Shown in pieces: positions 32,119 to 41,567 of a stretch of DNA of 64,000 nucleotides (position 1 is its first letter; every line of letters begins with the position of its first letter). The notes beneath the pieces are model-generated. The model was given only the letters and a program-made list of their open reading frames with translations. It was not told where the DNA came from and ran no database searches. The position numbers and the translations under genes were made by a program. Source of the stretch: a virus; IMG/VR virus record IMGVR_UViG_3300009703_001822; one strand, written 5' to 3'.

Positions 32119-32752
32119 ATTCTTTTGCTATCTCCGGTCTTCTATCTAATCCATTTAATAAGCATATAGTATATTCTGGCCTATACTTTCTACCAGCAGC
32201 TACATACGCATATACTTCATTATGTGGTAAGTGTTCAAATGTAAATCCTTCATGATATAAAAATGTATCATCACCATATGGATATTGTACATCATATGTT
32301 TCTGGATATTTATTATAGTGATTCCATATATGTGTAGCATCTTTCCACAACATTACACTAGAATTATAGTTACTTAAAGGCCCTACAAACTCTGGTTGCC
32401 ACGGAAAATCGTGTATGCTTATTTGTTTATCGCCTTTATCTTTCCACCATGTATATACAATTACGGGGTTATCTTGGCAGTAATCAAACAAATGATCTAT
32501 GGGTTTTTGTATTCTTACATCTAAATCTAAGTATAATATAGTACCTAGATCCTTTAATTGAAAGAGTTTTAACTTTTCCATATTGCCGTTTGGCTCGTGT
32601 TCGAGATACAATACACCTATATCTGGGTGTAATCCTTTAGGATCATCGGTTACACAGACATAGTTATACTTGCCTTCTGTATGCTCGTATATAGAATTTA
32701 CAGCATCTGCGCTGTATTTCTCACCATATTTTAAAGTTAAAATAGTTTTCAT
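32084..32752 (-). CDS. Glycosyltransferase-like protein (KWG.KY family)
   Basis: LKYGEKYSADAVN, VCVTDD, KLKLF, YLDLDV, YNSSVMLW, GDD.FL. Confidence 0.72.
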   Translation of the reverse strand: MKTILTLKYGEKYSADAVNSIYEHTEGKYNYVCVTDDPKGLHPDIGVLYLEHEPNGNMEKLKLFQLKDLGTILYLDLDVRIQKPIDHLFDYCQDNPVIVYTWWKDKGDKQISIHDFPWQPEFVGPLSNYNSSVMLWKDATHIWNHYNKYPETYDVQYPYGDDTFLYHEGFTFEHLPHNEVYAYVAAGRKYRPEYTICLLNGLDRRPEIAKEYDELCMHQVGH

Positions 32753-32764
32753 TGTAATCAATAT

Positions 32765-32795
32765 TATTTATAAATAAGAGTGTACGATATTTATA
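32765..32795. promoter_or_regulatory. Divergent late promoters: palindrome TATTTATAAATA plus a second leftward box
   Basis: TATAAATA on + at 32769-32776, on - at 32765-32772 and 32788-32795. Confidence 0.7.
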
Positions 32796-32808
32796 GACGA
32801 AGGAACCA

Positions 32809-33138
32809 ATGGCAACCATTTCAAACATAGTCATAGATCAGGGCACAACATTCAGTTTGGAACTGAATTTAACGAATGATGATAATTCTGCTAAAAATTT
32901 AGCAGATTATACAGTCACCTCTCAAATGAGGAAAAGTTATGAGGCAACAACAGCTACTGATTTTACTACAGCGAAAGTAGATGCTACAGGTAAAATAACA
33001 ATATCGTTGACTGCAGTACAAACGGCTGCACTCAAATCAGGACGATATGTTTACGATATAGAGATAGCATCTTCATCGGAAACATTAAGAGTCTTAGAAG
33101 GATTAGTAACCGTAACACCTAATGTTACAAGAGCTTAG
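32809..33138 (+). CDS. Virion adaptor protein (BppU N-terminal-like Ig fold)
   Basis: NIVIDQGTTF, SQMRKSY, GRYVYDIEI, RVLEGLVTVTP. Confidence 0.65.
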   Translation: MATISNIVIDQGTTFSLELNLTNDDNSAKNLADYTVTSQMRKSYEATTATDFTTAKVDATGKITISLTAVQTAALKSGRYVYDIEIASSSETLRVLEGLVTVTPNVTRA

Positions 33139-33146
33139 GAGATAAT

Positions 33147-33404
33147 ATGGCAACGACAGTAAACGCATCTAATACACCTATTAAAGTTTCAACTTCTATT
33201 GGTAGTACTAGAGTCGTTTCATCTACAACCACTCAATCACAAGTAGCGACGGCTACAGAATTAGGAGATCTCACAGGCATAGATGTTTCAGGAAAACAAA
33301 ACGGATACACCTTAGTATATGATAGCGGCAGTGGTAATTGGCAAGCAAAACCGGCATCGGATGTTGCTTCATCGGTTACTTCTATTGACGGTGGCACATT
33401 TTAG
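33147..33404 (+). CDS. Small virion fibre-associated protein
   Basis: LGDLTGIDVSGKQNGYTLVYDSGSGNW; ends IDGGTF. Confidence 0.65.
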   Translation: MATTVNASNTPIKVSTSIGSTRVVSSTTTQSQVATATELGDLTGIDVSGKQNGYTLVYDSGSGNWQAKPASDVASSVTSIDGGTF

Positions 33405-33455
33405 TATGATATAAAGCTTTATATGATAATAAAAAATTTTACTAGGAGAAAATAA

Positions 33456-34850
33456 ATGAGCACAACAATTCAAATTAAAAGGAGCACAGGGTCAGCAGCC
33501 CCAGGCGCTTCTGATTTGGTTGAAGGCGAATTAGCGTACGCAGAAGATAGATCCGGCGACGGAGCATCTGCTAAGTTATATATTTCTTCCATTGATTCCG
33601 GCAGTAGCGAGGTAATCCAAGCAATAGGTGGTAAATACTATACAGATTTACTAGATGGTGCTACCAATGCTAACACAGCTAGCAAACTCGTAAAAAGAGA
33701 TGGCTCCGGGAACTTTAATGGTGGGACAATAACTGGAAGTACCTTAACAGACGGAACAGCAAGTATAGCATCTGGCGCTATTACAGGAGCAACAAATATA
33801 ACAGCTTCTGGAACAGTACAGTTTGGTTCAATATCTGATGGTACAATAACAGCAACTGCATTTGTAGACGAAGACAATATGTCTTCAAACAGTGCAACGC
33901 TTATTCCCACACAACAATCAGTCAAAGCTTATGTTGACGCACAAGTAACAGCAAGTGATTTAGACGCAGCTGGTGATTCTGGAACAATAGATATAGATCT
34001 AGATTCAGAAACATTTACAGTAGCAGGTGGTACAGGTATTACAACTGCAGCATCTGGCACAACTATTACAGCAACTCTAGACGATACAGCAGTTTCAGCA
34101 GGTTCATACGGTTCTACAACAGCAGTTCCAGTAATTACTGTTGACGCACAGGGTCGTATTACAGCAGCTTCAACATCAGCAATCTCAACCTCATACACAT
34201 TAGCAGCTGACTCAGGTTCTAATGATTCTGTAGCAGGTGGAGAAACAATAACATTTAGTGGTACAGCAAACGAGATTGAAACAACAGTTTCTAATAACGA
34301 AATTACAATCGGCTTACCAAACAATGTAACAATATCAGGTAACCTAACGGTTAGTGGTACAACCACAACTGTAGATTCCACAACTTTATCCGTAGCAGAT
34401 CCATTGATCTCACTAGCAACAGGTAACAATTCATCTGACGCAGTGGACATTGGTCTATATGGTTTGTATGACACTTCAGGTTCAACAGACTTGTATGGTG
34501 GTTTATTCAGAGACGCTAATGACTCTGGTAAATGGAAGTTATTTAAAGACAACCAAGCAGCACCTACTACAACTGTAAACACAGGCGGAACAGGTTACGC
34601 AGTAGCTACATTAGTAGCAAACTTAGAATCATCTAGTGTAACAATTACAGGCGGTTCTATAACAGGTATTACTGATCTGGTAGTAGCAGACGGTGGTACA
34701 GGAGCAGGAACATTTACAAGTAAAGGTATTATTTACGGTAATGGAACAGGAGCTCTACAAGTAACAGCAGCAGGCACAGATGGACAAGTCCTACAAGCAG
34801 GCTCAGGCGGAACACCAGAGTTCGGTGGAATTGATGGTGGAACATATTAA
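33456..34850 (+). CDS. Tail fibre protein
   Basis: IQIKRS...GELAY N-terminus, PTQQSVKAYVD, VDAQGRIT, GNLTVSGTTTTV; ends IDGGTY. Confidence 0.8.
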   Translation: MSTTIQIKRSTGSAAPGASDLVEGELAYAEDRSGDGASAKLYISSIDSGSSEVIQAIGGKYYTDLLDGATNANTASKLVKRDGSGNFNGGTITGSTLTDGTASIASGAITGATNITASGTVQFGSISDGTITATAFVDEDNMSSNSATLIPTQQSVKAYVDAQVTASDLDAAGDSGTIDIDLDSETFTVAGGTGITTAASGTTITATLDDTAVSAGSYGSTTAVPVITVDAQGRITAASTSAISTSYTLAADSGSNDSVAGGETITFSGTANEIETTVSNNEITIGLPNNVTISGNLTVSGTTTTVDSTTLSVADPLISLATGNNSSDAVDIGLYGLYDTSGSTDLYGGLFRDANDSGKWKLFKDNQAAPTTTVNTGGTGYAVATLVANLESSSVTITGGSITGITDLVVADGGTGAGTFTSKGIIYGNGTGALQVTAAGTDGQVLQAGSGGTPEFGGIDGGTY

Positions 34851-34870
34851 TAAATTTTAAGGATTTTGAA

Positions 34871-35068
34871 ATGGATGAACAATTAATTAATGAATACATA
34901 AACAACTTGGCAAATCAGGTTAATACTCTGACCCAAGAAAATATTTTACTTAAGACTAGATTAGCTATTTTTGAGAAGAGAGAACAGGAAAAGGCTAAGG
35001 CTTCAGAAGAGTCTCAGCCTTCCTCACAAAAAGAGGAGACTCCTCCTCTCGTCTCTAAAGAGGAATAA
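34871..35068 (+). CDS. Small coiled-coil protein
   Basis: LANQVNTLTQENILLKTRL heptads; within the fibre cluster. Confidence 0.65.
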   Translation: MDEQLINEYINNLANQVNTLTQENILLKTRLAIFEKREQEKAKASEESQPSSQKEETPPLVSKEE

Positions 35069-35071
35069 TAG

Positions 35072-35392
35072 ATGGCAACGGTAATCAAGATCAAAAAATC
35101 CGAAACTTCTGGTAGTGCACCTACCACTTCGGATTTAGTTGCAGGTGAGGTAGCACTCAATACTGCGGATAAGATTGCCTATGTAAGAGACTCTAGCAAT
35201 CAGATTATAAAGTTTGCAAACTTTACTGATGCAGATGAATCTTTAACATTCCCTACAGGAGATTGGGGAAGTGTAGCTTCTAGTTTAAGTACAGATGCTT
35301 TTGGACAACTTCTGGATAAAGAATATGATATGAATACAAGTATTAAATATCGTTTAGCAACAGAAGATATGGGTTCAGACTCATCAATATAA
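35072..35392 (+). CDS. Short fibre-type virion protein
   Basis: IKIKKS...P..SDLVAGEVALNTAD, paralogous to the 33456 N-terminus. Confidence 0.7.
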   Translation: MATVIKIKKSETSGSAPTTSDLVAGEVALNTADKIAYVRDSSNQIIKFANFTDADESLTFPTGDWGSVASSLSTDAFGQLLDKEYDMNTSIKYRLATEDMGSDSSI

Positions 35393-35395
35393 ATA
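35388..35395 (+). promoter_or_regulatory. Late promoter TATAAATA
   Basis: Exact consensus overlapping the stop codon, upstream of 35414. Confidence 0.7.
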
Positions 35396-35413
35396 AGAAT
35401 ATAGGAGAGAATA

Positions 35414-36784
35414 ATGCCAACACAGGTACAATTTAGAAGAGGGACAACTACACAAAACGAATCCTTCACGGGTGCTGTGGGTGAGCTTTCCGTAGATACT
35501 ACGCTAGACACAATAAGAGTACACGACGGTTCCACAGCAGGTGGTATTAGACTCGCTAAGTTTTCTGAGATACAAGCAGGAGATATTACAGCAGTCGTAG
35601 CAGGTACAGGTTTATCAGGAGGAGCAACAAGCGGTAGTGCAACGGTTAACTTGTCTCACCTGGGTTTGGAAAGTTTATCAGATCCAAATGATGATCAAAT
35701 AATTTTCTGGGACGACTCAGCAGGAGCAACAGCATTTTTAGATTTAGGCACAGGATTGTCTATATCAGGAACAACAATTTCTGTAGGAACCCTTAATCAG
35801 GATACTACAGGCAACGCAGCTACGGCAACAGCTTTAGAAACTGCAAGAACAATTCATGGTGTATCATTTGATGGTACAGCAAACATAGACTTATCCGAAG
35901 TAGTACAAGATACTGTCGGTGCTATGTTCTCAAGTAATACTGAGACAGGTATTACAGTTAGTTATGAAGATGGTGATGGTACTATTGATCTAGTGGTAGG
36001 AACACTTAACCAAAACACCACAGGTTCAGCAGCAACATTAACAACAGCAAGAACTATTAATGGTGTTAGTTTTGATGGTAGTGCTAATATAACAACATTA
36101 ACAGCAGGAACTGGTGTATCAGTTTCAGGTACAGCAGTTTCAATAGGACAAGCAGTAGCAACATCAAGTAATGTTACATTTGCAGATCTAGCAGCAACAG
36201 GTAATGTAACTATTACAGGTAACCTAGATGTAAACGGAACAACTACAACATTAGATACTACAAACTCTACAATAGCAGATAGACTAATAGAGTTAGGAAC
36301 AGGAACATCAGGAACACCAGCAAATGATATGGGTATTGTTCTTGAAAGAGGTTCTTCAGACAACGCATTTATAGGTTGGGACGAAAGTGCAGACAAGTTC
36401 CTAATGGGTACAGGCTCATTTACAGGAGCAAGCACAGGCGATCTTACAGTTACAACAGGAACACTTGTAGCAAACTTAGAAGGTAATGTTACAGGTAACT
36501 TAACAGGTAATGCAGATACAGCTACAGCACTTGCAACAGCAAGAACTTTATCGTTTACAGGAGATGTAACAGGTACAGGAGACTTTGACGGTTCAGGTAA
36601 CTTAGCAACAGCATTAACAATTGCAGCTAATAGTGTTGCATTAGGCACAGACACTACAGGTAATTATATGGCACAGGTAAGTGGAGGAGATGGTATTACT
36701 GTTTCTCACTCACAGGGAGAAGGCTCAACAGCTACAATTACAGGTACAGCAATTTATGACGCATCAGGATCAAAACTTAACTAG
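35414..36784 (+). CDS. Tail fibre protein with Mtd-N-like N-terminus
   Basis: VQFRRGTT...FTGAVGELSVDT...VHDG.TAGG; repeated GNAATATAL.TARTI.GVSFDG.ANI. Confidence 0.8.
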   Translation: MPTQVQFRRGTTTQNESFTGAVGELSVDTTLDTIRVHDGSTAGGIRLAKFSEIQAGDITAVVAGTGLSGGATSGSATVNLSHLGLESLSDPNDDQIIFWDDSAGATAFLDLGTGLSISGTTISVGTLNQDTTGNAATATALETARTIHGVSFDGTANIDLSEVVQDTVGAMFSSNTETGITVSYEDGDGTIDLVVGTLNQNTTGSAATLTTARTINGVSFDGSANITTLTAGTGVSVSGTAVSIGQAVATSSNVTFADLAATGNVTITGNLDVNGTTTTLDTTNSTIADRLIELGTGTSGTPANDMGIVLERGSSDNAFIGWDESADKFLMGTGSFTGASTGDLTVTTGTLVANLEGNVTGNLTGNADTATALATARTLSFTGDVTGTGDFDGSGNLATALTIAANSVALGTDTTGNYMAQVSGGDGITVSHSQGEGSTATITGTAIYDASGSKLN

Positions 36785-36793
36785 GGGTAGAAA

Positions 36794-37771
36794 ATGGCAT
36801 TAGCTAGCAGACAAGATTTACAAGATTACGCCTTAAGAAGGCTAGGTCACCCTGTTATTGAAATAAATGTAGATGAAGGCCAACTATCAGATAGAATAGA
36901 TGACGCTCTACAATTCTTTCAGGAGTATCACTTTGATGGTGTAGAAAAAACTTATGTAAAACACCAAATAACAGGCTCAAAGTTAAAACTAACTGCTAAC
37001 CTAGCAAACAATTTTCAGAAAGCAGAAGTAATTACAGGTGGCACATCAGGAGCTACAGCAGTAGTAGATGGTGCTGACGATACAGCACAATTTATAATGT
37101 TGGAACAAACTAGAACAGGTACCTTTGTAGGTGGAGAAACTATTACAGGTGCTGAGTCAGGTGCAACAGCAACTACACACGGAACAGACACATATACAAA
37201 AGGCGATATTGAAAATGGATATTTGCCTATTAGTAATAATATACTAGGTATAACCAGAGTGTTTAACTTTGGAGGTGCAGCAACAAACAATACAAGGGAC
37301 GGACAACTATTTGATCTAATGTACCAATTTAGAATGAATGATCTGTATAACCTAATGGGTGCAGACATGATTTACTATTCAGTCGTACAAACTCACTTAA
37401 CTACATTAGAAAAACTATTAACAGGGGATAGACAAATCCGTTGGAATAGAAAAACAGATAGACTGTATATAGATACTGATTGGGATAAAACATTTAATGT
37501 TGGAGACTTTATTGTAGCAGAAGCTTATGCTATTGTAGATCCTGCTACATACACAGAAGTCTATGATGATATGTTCCTTAAAAAGTATGTAACTGCTTTA
37601 TTTAAAAAACAATGGGGTGAAAATATTAAGAAATTTGCTGGAATACAAATGCCTGGAGGAGTAACATTAGATGGACAAACTATCTATCAAGAAGCAATTC
37701 AGGAGATACAGGCAATAGAACAGGAGATGCAACTTAAATACGAACTACCACCTCAATTTATGATAGGATAA
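36794..37771 (+). CDS. g13: Neck protein gp13
   Basis: YALRRLGHPVIEINV, FQEYHFDG, KQWGENIKKF.G.QMPGG. Confidence 0.93.
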   Translation: MALASRQDLQDYALRRLGHPVIEINVDEGQLSDRIDDALQFFQEYHFDGVEKTYVKHQITGSKLKLTANLANNFQKAEVITGGTSGATAVVDGADDTAQFIMLEQTRTGTFVGGETITGAESGATATTHGTDTYTKGDIENGYLPISNNILGITRVFNFGGAATNNTRDGQLFDLMYQFRMNDLYNLMGADMIYYSVVQTHLTTLEKLLTGDRQIRWNRKTDRLYIDTDWDKTFNVGDFIVAEAYAIVDPATYTEVYDDMFLKKYVTALFKKQWGENIKKFAGIQMPGGVTLDGQTIYQEAIQEIQAIEQEMQLKYELPPQFMIG

Positions 37772-37775
37772 ACCC

Positions 37776-38525
37776 ATGCCAACGAATAATTATTTTCAGA
37801 ACGGCGGTGGTATTGGTACAACAAACGAACAGCGCTTAATAGAAGATCTAATTATCGAGAGCCTTAAAATCTATGGCCACGATACTTTTTACTTACCTAG
37901 AACAATGGTAAATAAAGATACAATCTTTGATGAGGCACAACTTTCTTCCTTTACACAAGCATATCCTTTAGAAATGTACTTGGACAATGTCCAGGGTTTT
38001 GAAGGACAGGGAGATATATTCACAAGATTTGGTATGGAAGTTAGAGATCAAGCAACTTTCATACTAGCAAAAAGACGATGGGAGGACATGGTAACAAGAC
38101 AAGGTCCTACCGTTTCTCGTAAAGCAAGACCTGTAGAAGGAGACTTAATTTATTTTAGTAAAACGAAATCAATGTTTGAAATTAAATATGTTGATTTCCA
38201 AAATCCTTTTTATCAGGCAGGACAAATATATGTATTTAGATTGGTATGTGAATTGTTCGAATACAGTTCAGAAGATATAGATACAGGCATATCAGAAATA
38301 GATGCTATAGAAACAAAATACTCTCAAGACATGTTGGAGTATCAGTTCAAACTAGAGTCAGGAGATTTACTGTTGAAAGAAGATACAGGCTCATTAATTA
38401 CAGAAGCATATCAAACAACTGTATCTGAACCAATAGATAACGCAGACTTTGATAGCTTAATAACACTAGAAGGTATATTAGACTTTAGTGAATCTAATCC
38501 ATTTGGTGAAATAGGAGGCTCGTAA
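37776..38525 (+). CDS. g14: Neck protein gp14
   Basis: EDLIIESLKIYG, YLPR, RP.EGDLIY, FYQ.G, DFSESNPFG. Confidence 0.93.
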   Translation: MPTNNYFQNGGGIGTTNEQRLIEDLIIESLKIYGHDTFYLPRTMVNKDTIFDEAQLSSFTQAYPLEMYLDNVQGFEGQGDIFTRFGMEVRDQATFILAKRRWEDMVTRQGPTVSRKARPVEGDLIYFSKTKSMFEIKYVDFQNPFYQAGQIYVFRLVCELFEYSSEDIDTGISEIDAIETKYSQDMLEYQFKLESGDLLLKEDTGSLITEAYQTTVSEPIDNADFDSLITLEGILDFSESNPFGEIGGS

Positions 38526-39313
38526 TGTTTAAGAATAAAGTCTTCTATCATCAACATGTAAGAAAAGCAATTATTGCCTTTGGAACTATATTCAATGATA
38601 TAAACATTGAAAGAAAGAATAGTTCAGGTGCAGTTACACAAGCATTAAGAGTACCTTTAGCATACTCTACTAAACAAAAGTTTTTAACAAGGATTGCTAG
38701 GGTTGCAGATACAAGTACAAGAGGCGAGGTAGCAATTACATTGCCTAGAATGGGTTTTGAAATAGATGGATTGGGTTATGATCCTGCAAGAAAAGTAGCA
38801 CCTATACAAAGGAACAGAGCAATTGGCACAGGAGATGATGCCAATCAACAAAGAACAGTATTCAGTTCGGCACCATGGAACATGAATTTATCCTTATATA
38901 TATTTGCGAAGAATCAAAACGATGGATTAGCAATAATAGAACAGATACTTCCTTATTTTAATCCTGACTTTAATATAACAATAAACGATCTCCCAGAAGT
39001 GGGAATCAAAAGAGATATAAAAATAACTTTAGATAATGTTGGTTATGAAGATGAATATGAAGGCGAATTCGCTAGTAGACTAAGTGTAGTATGGACATTA
39101 AATTTTACAATGAGACTTAATTTTTACAGTCATGTTTCTAATGTAGAAACTATTAAGAAAGCGGTAGTAGACGCTTACAATGATCCTGAGCTAAACTTAA
39201 TCAAGGACCCGAATCAAAGAGTACGAGCAACAGTACAGGTTAATCCTAATACTGCTACTCCAGCCGATACATATACATTCTTGGAGGAATTTGATGAAGC
39301 ATTCGAAGACTAA
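38525..39313 (+). CDS. g15: Tail sheath stabiliser / terminator gp15
   Basis: FYH..RK.IIAFGTIFN, VPLAY, LPRMGFE, EQILPYF.P. Confidence 0.93.
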   Translation: MFKNKVFYHQHVRKAIIAFGTIFNDINIERKNSSGAVTQALRVPLAYSTKQKFLTRIARVADTSTRGEVAITLPRMGFEIDGLGYDPARKVAPIQRNRAIGTGDDANQQRTVFSSAPWNMNLSLYIFAKNQNDGLAIIEQILPYFNPDFNITINDLPEVGIKRDIKITLDNVGYEDEYEGEFASRLSVVWTLNFTMRLNFYSHVSNVETIKKAVVDAYNDPELNLIKDPNQRVRATVQVNPNTATPADTYTFLEEFDEAFED

Positions 39314-39794
39314 AAATACTTTTGAGGAATTAGATAAGAGCTTTAATACAAAAGAAATAACAAAAGCTCTTGAAACAAACCTTAAAAAGACACAAGAAGA
39401 AAGACAACTCCCTGCAGTAGACATGTCCGAAGAGGATAAACAGGAGCTTGCAATAAAACAACAAGAAGAAGATTTACAGTATGCCAGAATGATGTTAAAA
39501 CAGGCAGAGGCATACAATGCTGAGGCTATTGAAGGCATACTACACATAGCAAGGAACTCAGATCAACCTCGTGCATACGAAGTAGCAGGTGGTTTAATTA
39601 AAAATTTACAAGACAATGCTAAAGATATGTTAGATGTACATGAGAAACAAAAGAGAATAACAGCAGACGATCCTAAGGCAAGAAATATTAAAACACAAAA
39701 TAATGTATTCGTAGGAAGTACAAAAGATTTATTAAAGGCTATAAAAGAAGACGATACTAAAACTATCGATATAGAACCAGATGCCACAACCTGA
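39294..39794 (+). CDS. g16: Terminase small subunit gp16
   Basis: PRAYEVAG, NNVFVGSTKDL. Confidence 0.9.
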   Translation: MKHSKTKNTFEELDKSFNTKEITKALETNLKKTQEERQLPAVDMSEEDKQELAIKQQEEDLQYARMMLKQAEAYNAEAIEGILHIARNSDQPRAYEVAGGLIKNLQDNAKDMLDVHEKQKRITADDPKARNIKTQNNVFVGSTKDLLKAIKEDDTKTIDIEPDATT

Positions 39795-41442
39795 ACAAAC
39801 CTCATATCACGGTAATCCTAACCTTAAGCCGTTAGCATATCAACACGACTTTACAAAAGAAGAGATAAAAGAGTATGTTAAATGTAAAGAAGATCCAGTA
39901 TATTTCATAGAAAACTATGTAAAAATTATTACACTTGACTCTGGTCTACAACCATTTAAATTATACGATTGCCAAAAAGAAAAAGTAGATGTAATAATGA
40001 ATAACAGGCGTGTGGTTCTTATGGAAGGACGACAGCAAGGCAAAACAGTTACAGCAGCTGCGTGTATATTACATTATACTATATTTGAGGAAGACAAAAC
40101 AGTAGCTATAATGGCTAATAAATCAGCAGCTGCAAGAGAAGTATTAAACAGATACCAAATAATGTATGAGAACTTACCTTTATGGATGCAACAAGGTGTT
40201 AGAGTGTGGAATAAGGGTGATGTAGAATTAGAAAATAATAGTAAAGTACTAACAGCAGCAACAACAGCAGCTGCCATCAGGGGTAAATCAGTAAACTGGT
40301 TGTACATTGATGAGGCAGCAATCATACCTAATAATGTAGCAGATGAATTCTTTACATCTGTTTATCCTACCATTTCTGCTGGTGAGACAACTAAAATTCT
40401 ACTTACATCTACACCATTAGGTTACAATCACTTTTGGAAGTTCTGGAATGAGGCAGAGAAAAAAACAAATGGTTTTGAACACATGTTCATTCCTTACTAT
40501 GAGATACCAGGAAGAGATGAAAAATGGTTGGAAGAGCAGAAACAACTCTTAGGTGAGGTTAAATTTAACCAAGAGGTTATGTGTGAGTTTCTTGGTTCTA
40601 CAAATACTTTAATTAATTCTCAAACAATTGGTAGACTAAGTTCAAAGACACCAGAGTTTCAAAATAACGGATTAGATATATATGAGAACCCTGAAGAAGG
40701 ACATTACTACGCAATAGCGTGTGATACTGCTAGAGGCATAGGTGGAGATTATTCTGCTTTTGTGGTAATAGATATTACAGATATGCCTTATAAAGTGGTT
40801 GCAAAGTATCGTAAAAACGATATTGCTCCTATGTTATACCCAGATGTAATAGGCAAAGTAGGTAGAGACTATAATAATGCTTTTATATTAGTAGAGGTTA
40901 ATGATATAGGACAACAGGTTGCAGAAATACTGCACCAAGAAGTAGAATACGAAAACATTCTAAGTACGGTTACAGAACAACAGAGGCAATATGTAAGCCC
41001 TGGGTTTGGTAAAGCTACAAAGCATGGAGTAACTACTTCAAAGCAAGTAAAAAGACAAGGGTGTTTTACATTTAAGTCGTTACTTGAAGAACAAAAACTG
41101 TTGATATTTGATGAACATATAATACATGAAATATCAACTTTTATAGAGAAGGGCAATACATACCAAGCCGACGAAGGCTATCATGATGACTTGGTAATGT
41201 GTATGGTATTGTTTGGTTGGCTTACAAGTCAGAACTTCTTTAAAGATATGACAGATGTCAATGTTAGAGAAGGATTATATGGACAACAAATGGGAGAAAT
41301 AGAAAGTAACTTAACTCCATTTATAAGAGTCGACGGACAAGAACCAGAAGTAGAAGTATTAGGTAATGATGTTTGGTTATTAGAAGACGAATATCACCCT
41401 CGAAGCTTACAGAAAAAATTGAAAGACCTGATAAACAGGTAA
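39781..41442 (+). CDS. g17: Terminase large subunit gp17
   Basis: RQQGKT Walker A, YIDEAA Walker B, STPLG.NHF, DYSA, HDDLVM. Confidence 0.96.
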   Translation: MPQPEQTSYHGNPNLKPLAYQHDFTKEEIKEYVKCKEDPVYFIENYVKIITLDSGLQPFKLYDCQKEKVDVIMNNRRVVLMEGRQQGKTVTAAACILHYTIFEEDKTVAIMANKSAAAREVLNRYQIMYENLPLWMQQGVRVWNKGDVELENNSKVLTAATTAAAIRGKSVNWLYIDEAAIIPNNVADEFFTSVYPTISAGETTKILLTSTPLGYNHFWKFWNEAEKKTNGFEHMFIPYYEIPGRDEKWLEEQKQLLGEVKFNQEVMCEFLGSTNTLINSQTIGRLSSKTPEFQNNGLDIYENPEEGHYYAIACDTARGIGGDYSAFVVIDITDMPYKVVAKYRKNDIAPMLYPDVIGKVGRDYNNAFILVEVNDIGQQVAEILHQEVEYENILSTVTEQQRQYVSPGFGKATKHGVTTSKQVKRQGCFTFKSLLEEQKLLIFDEHIIHEISTFIEKGNTYQADEGYHDDLVMCMVLFGWLTSQNFFKDMTDVNVREGLYGQQMGEIESNLTPFIRVDGQEPEVEVLGNDVWLLEDEYHPRSLQKKLKDLINR

Positions 41443-41498
41443 TGTAAATACAAAAAATATATCGTATTTACAAAATTGAAGGTTAAAATATTGTCATG

Positions 41499-41506
41499 TA
41501 TAAATA
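41499..41506 (+). promoter_or_regulatory. Late promoter TATAAATA for g18
   Basis: Exact consensus, intergenic. Confidence 0.75.
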
Positions 41507-41567
41507 GTAGGATGATAATTAATAAACTTGTGTCATTCATAAGATAATATAAACCGAGGAGAAAAAC

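Noticed and set aside
33638-36654. Long minus-strand ORFs opposite the fibre genes
   Set aside because: Stop-poor antisense frames produced by ACA/GCA/GGT codon bias; no independent signals
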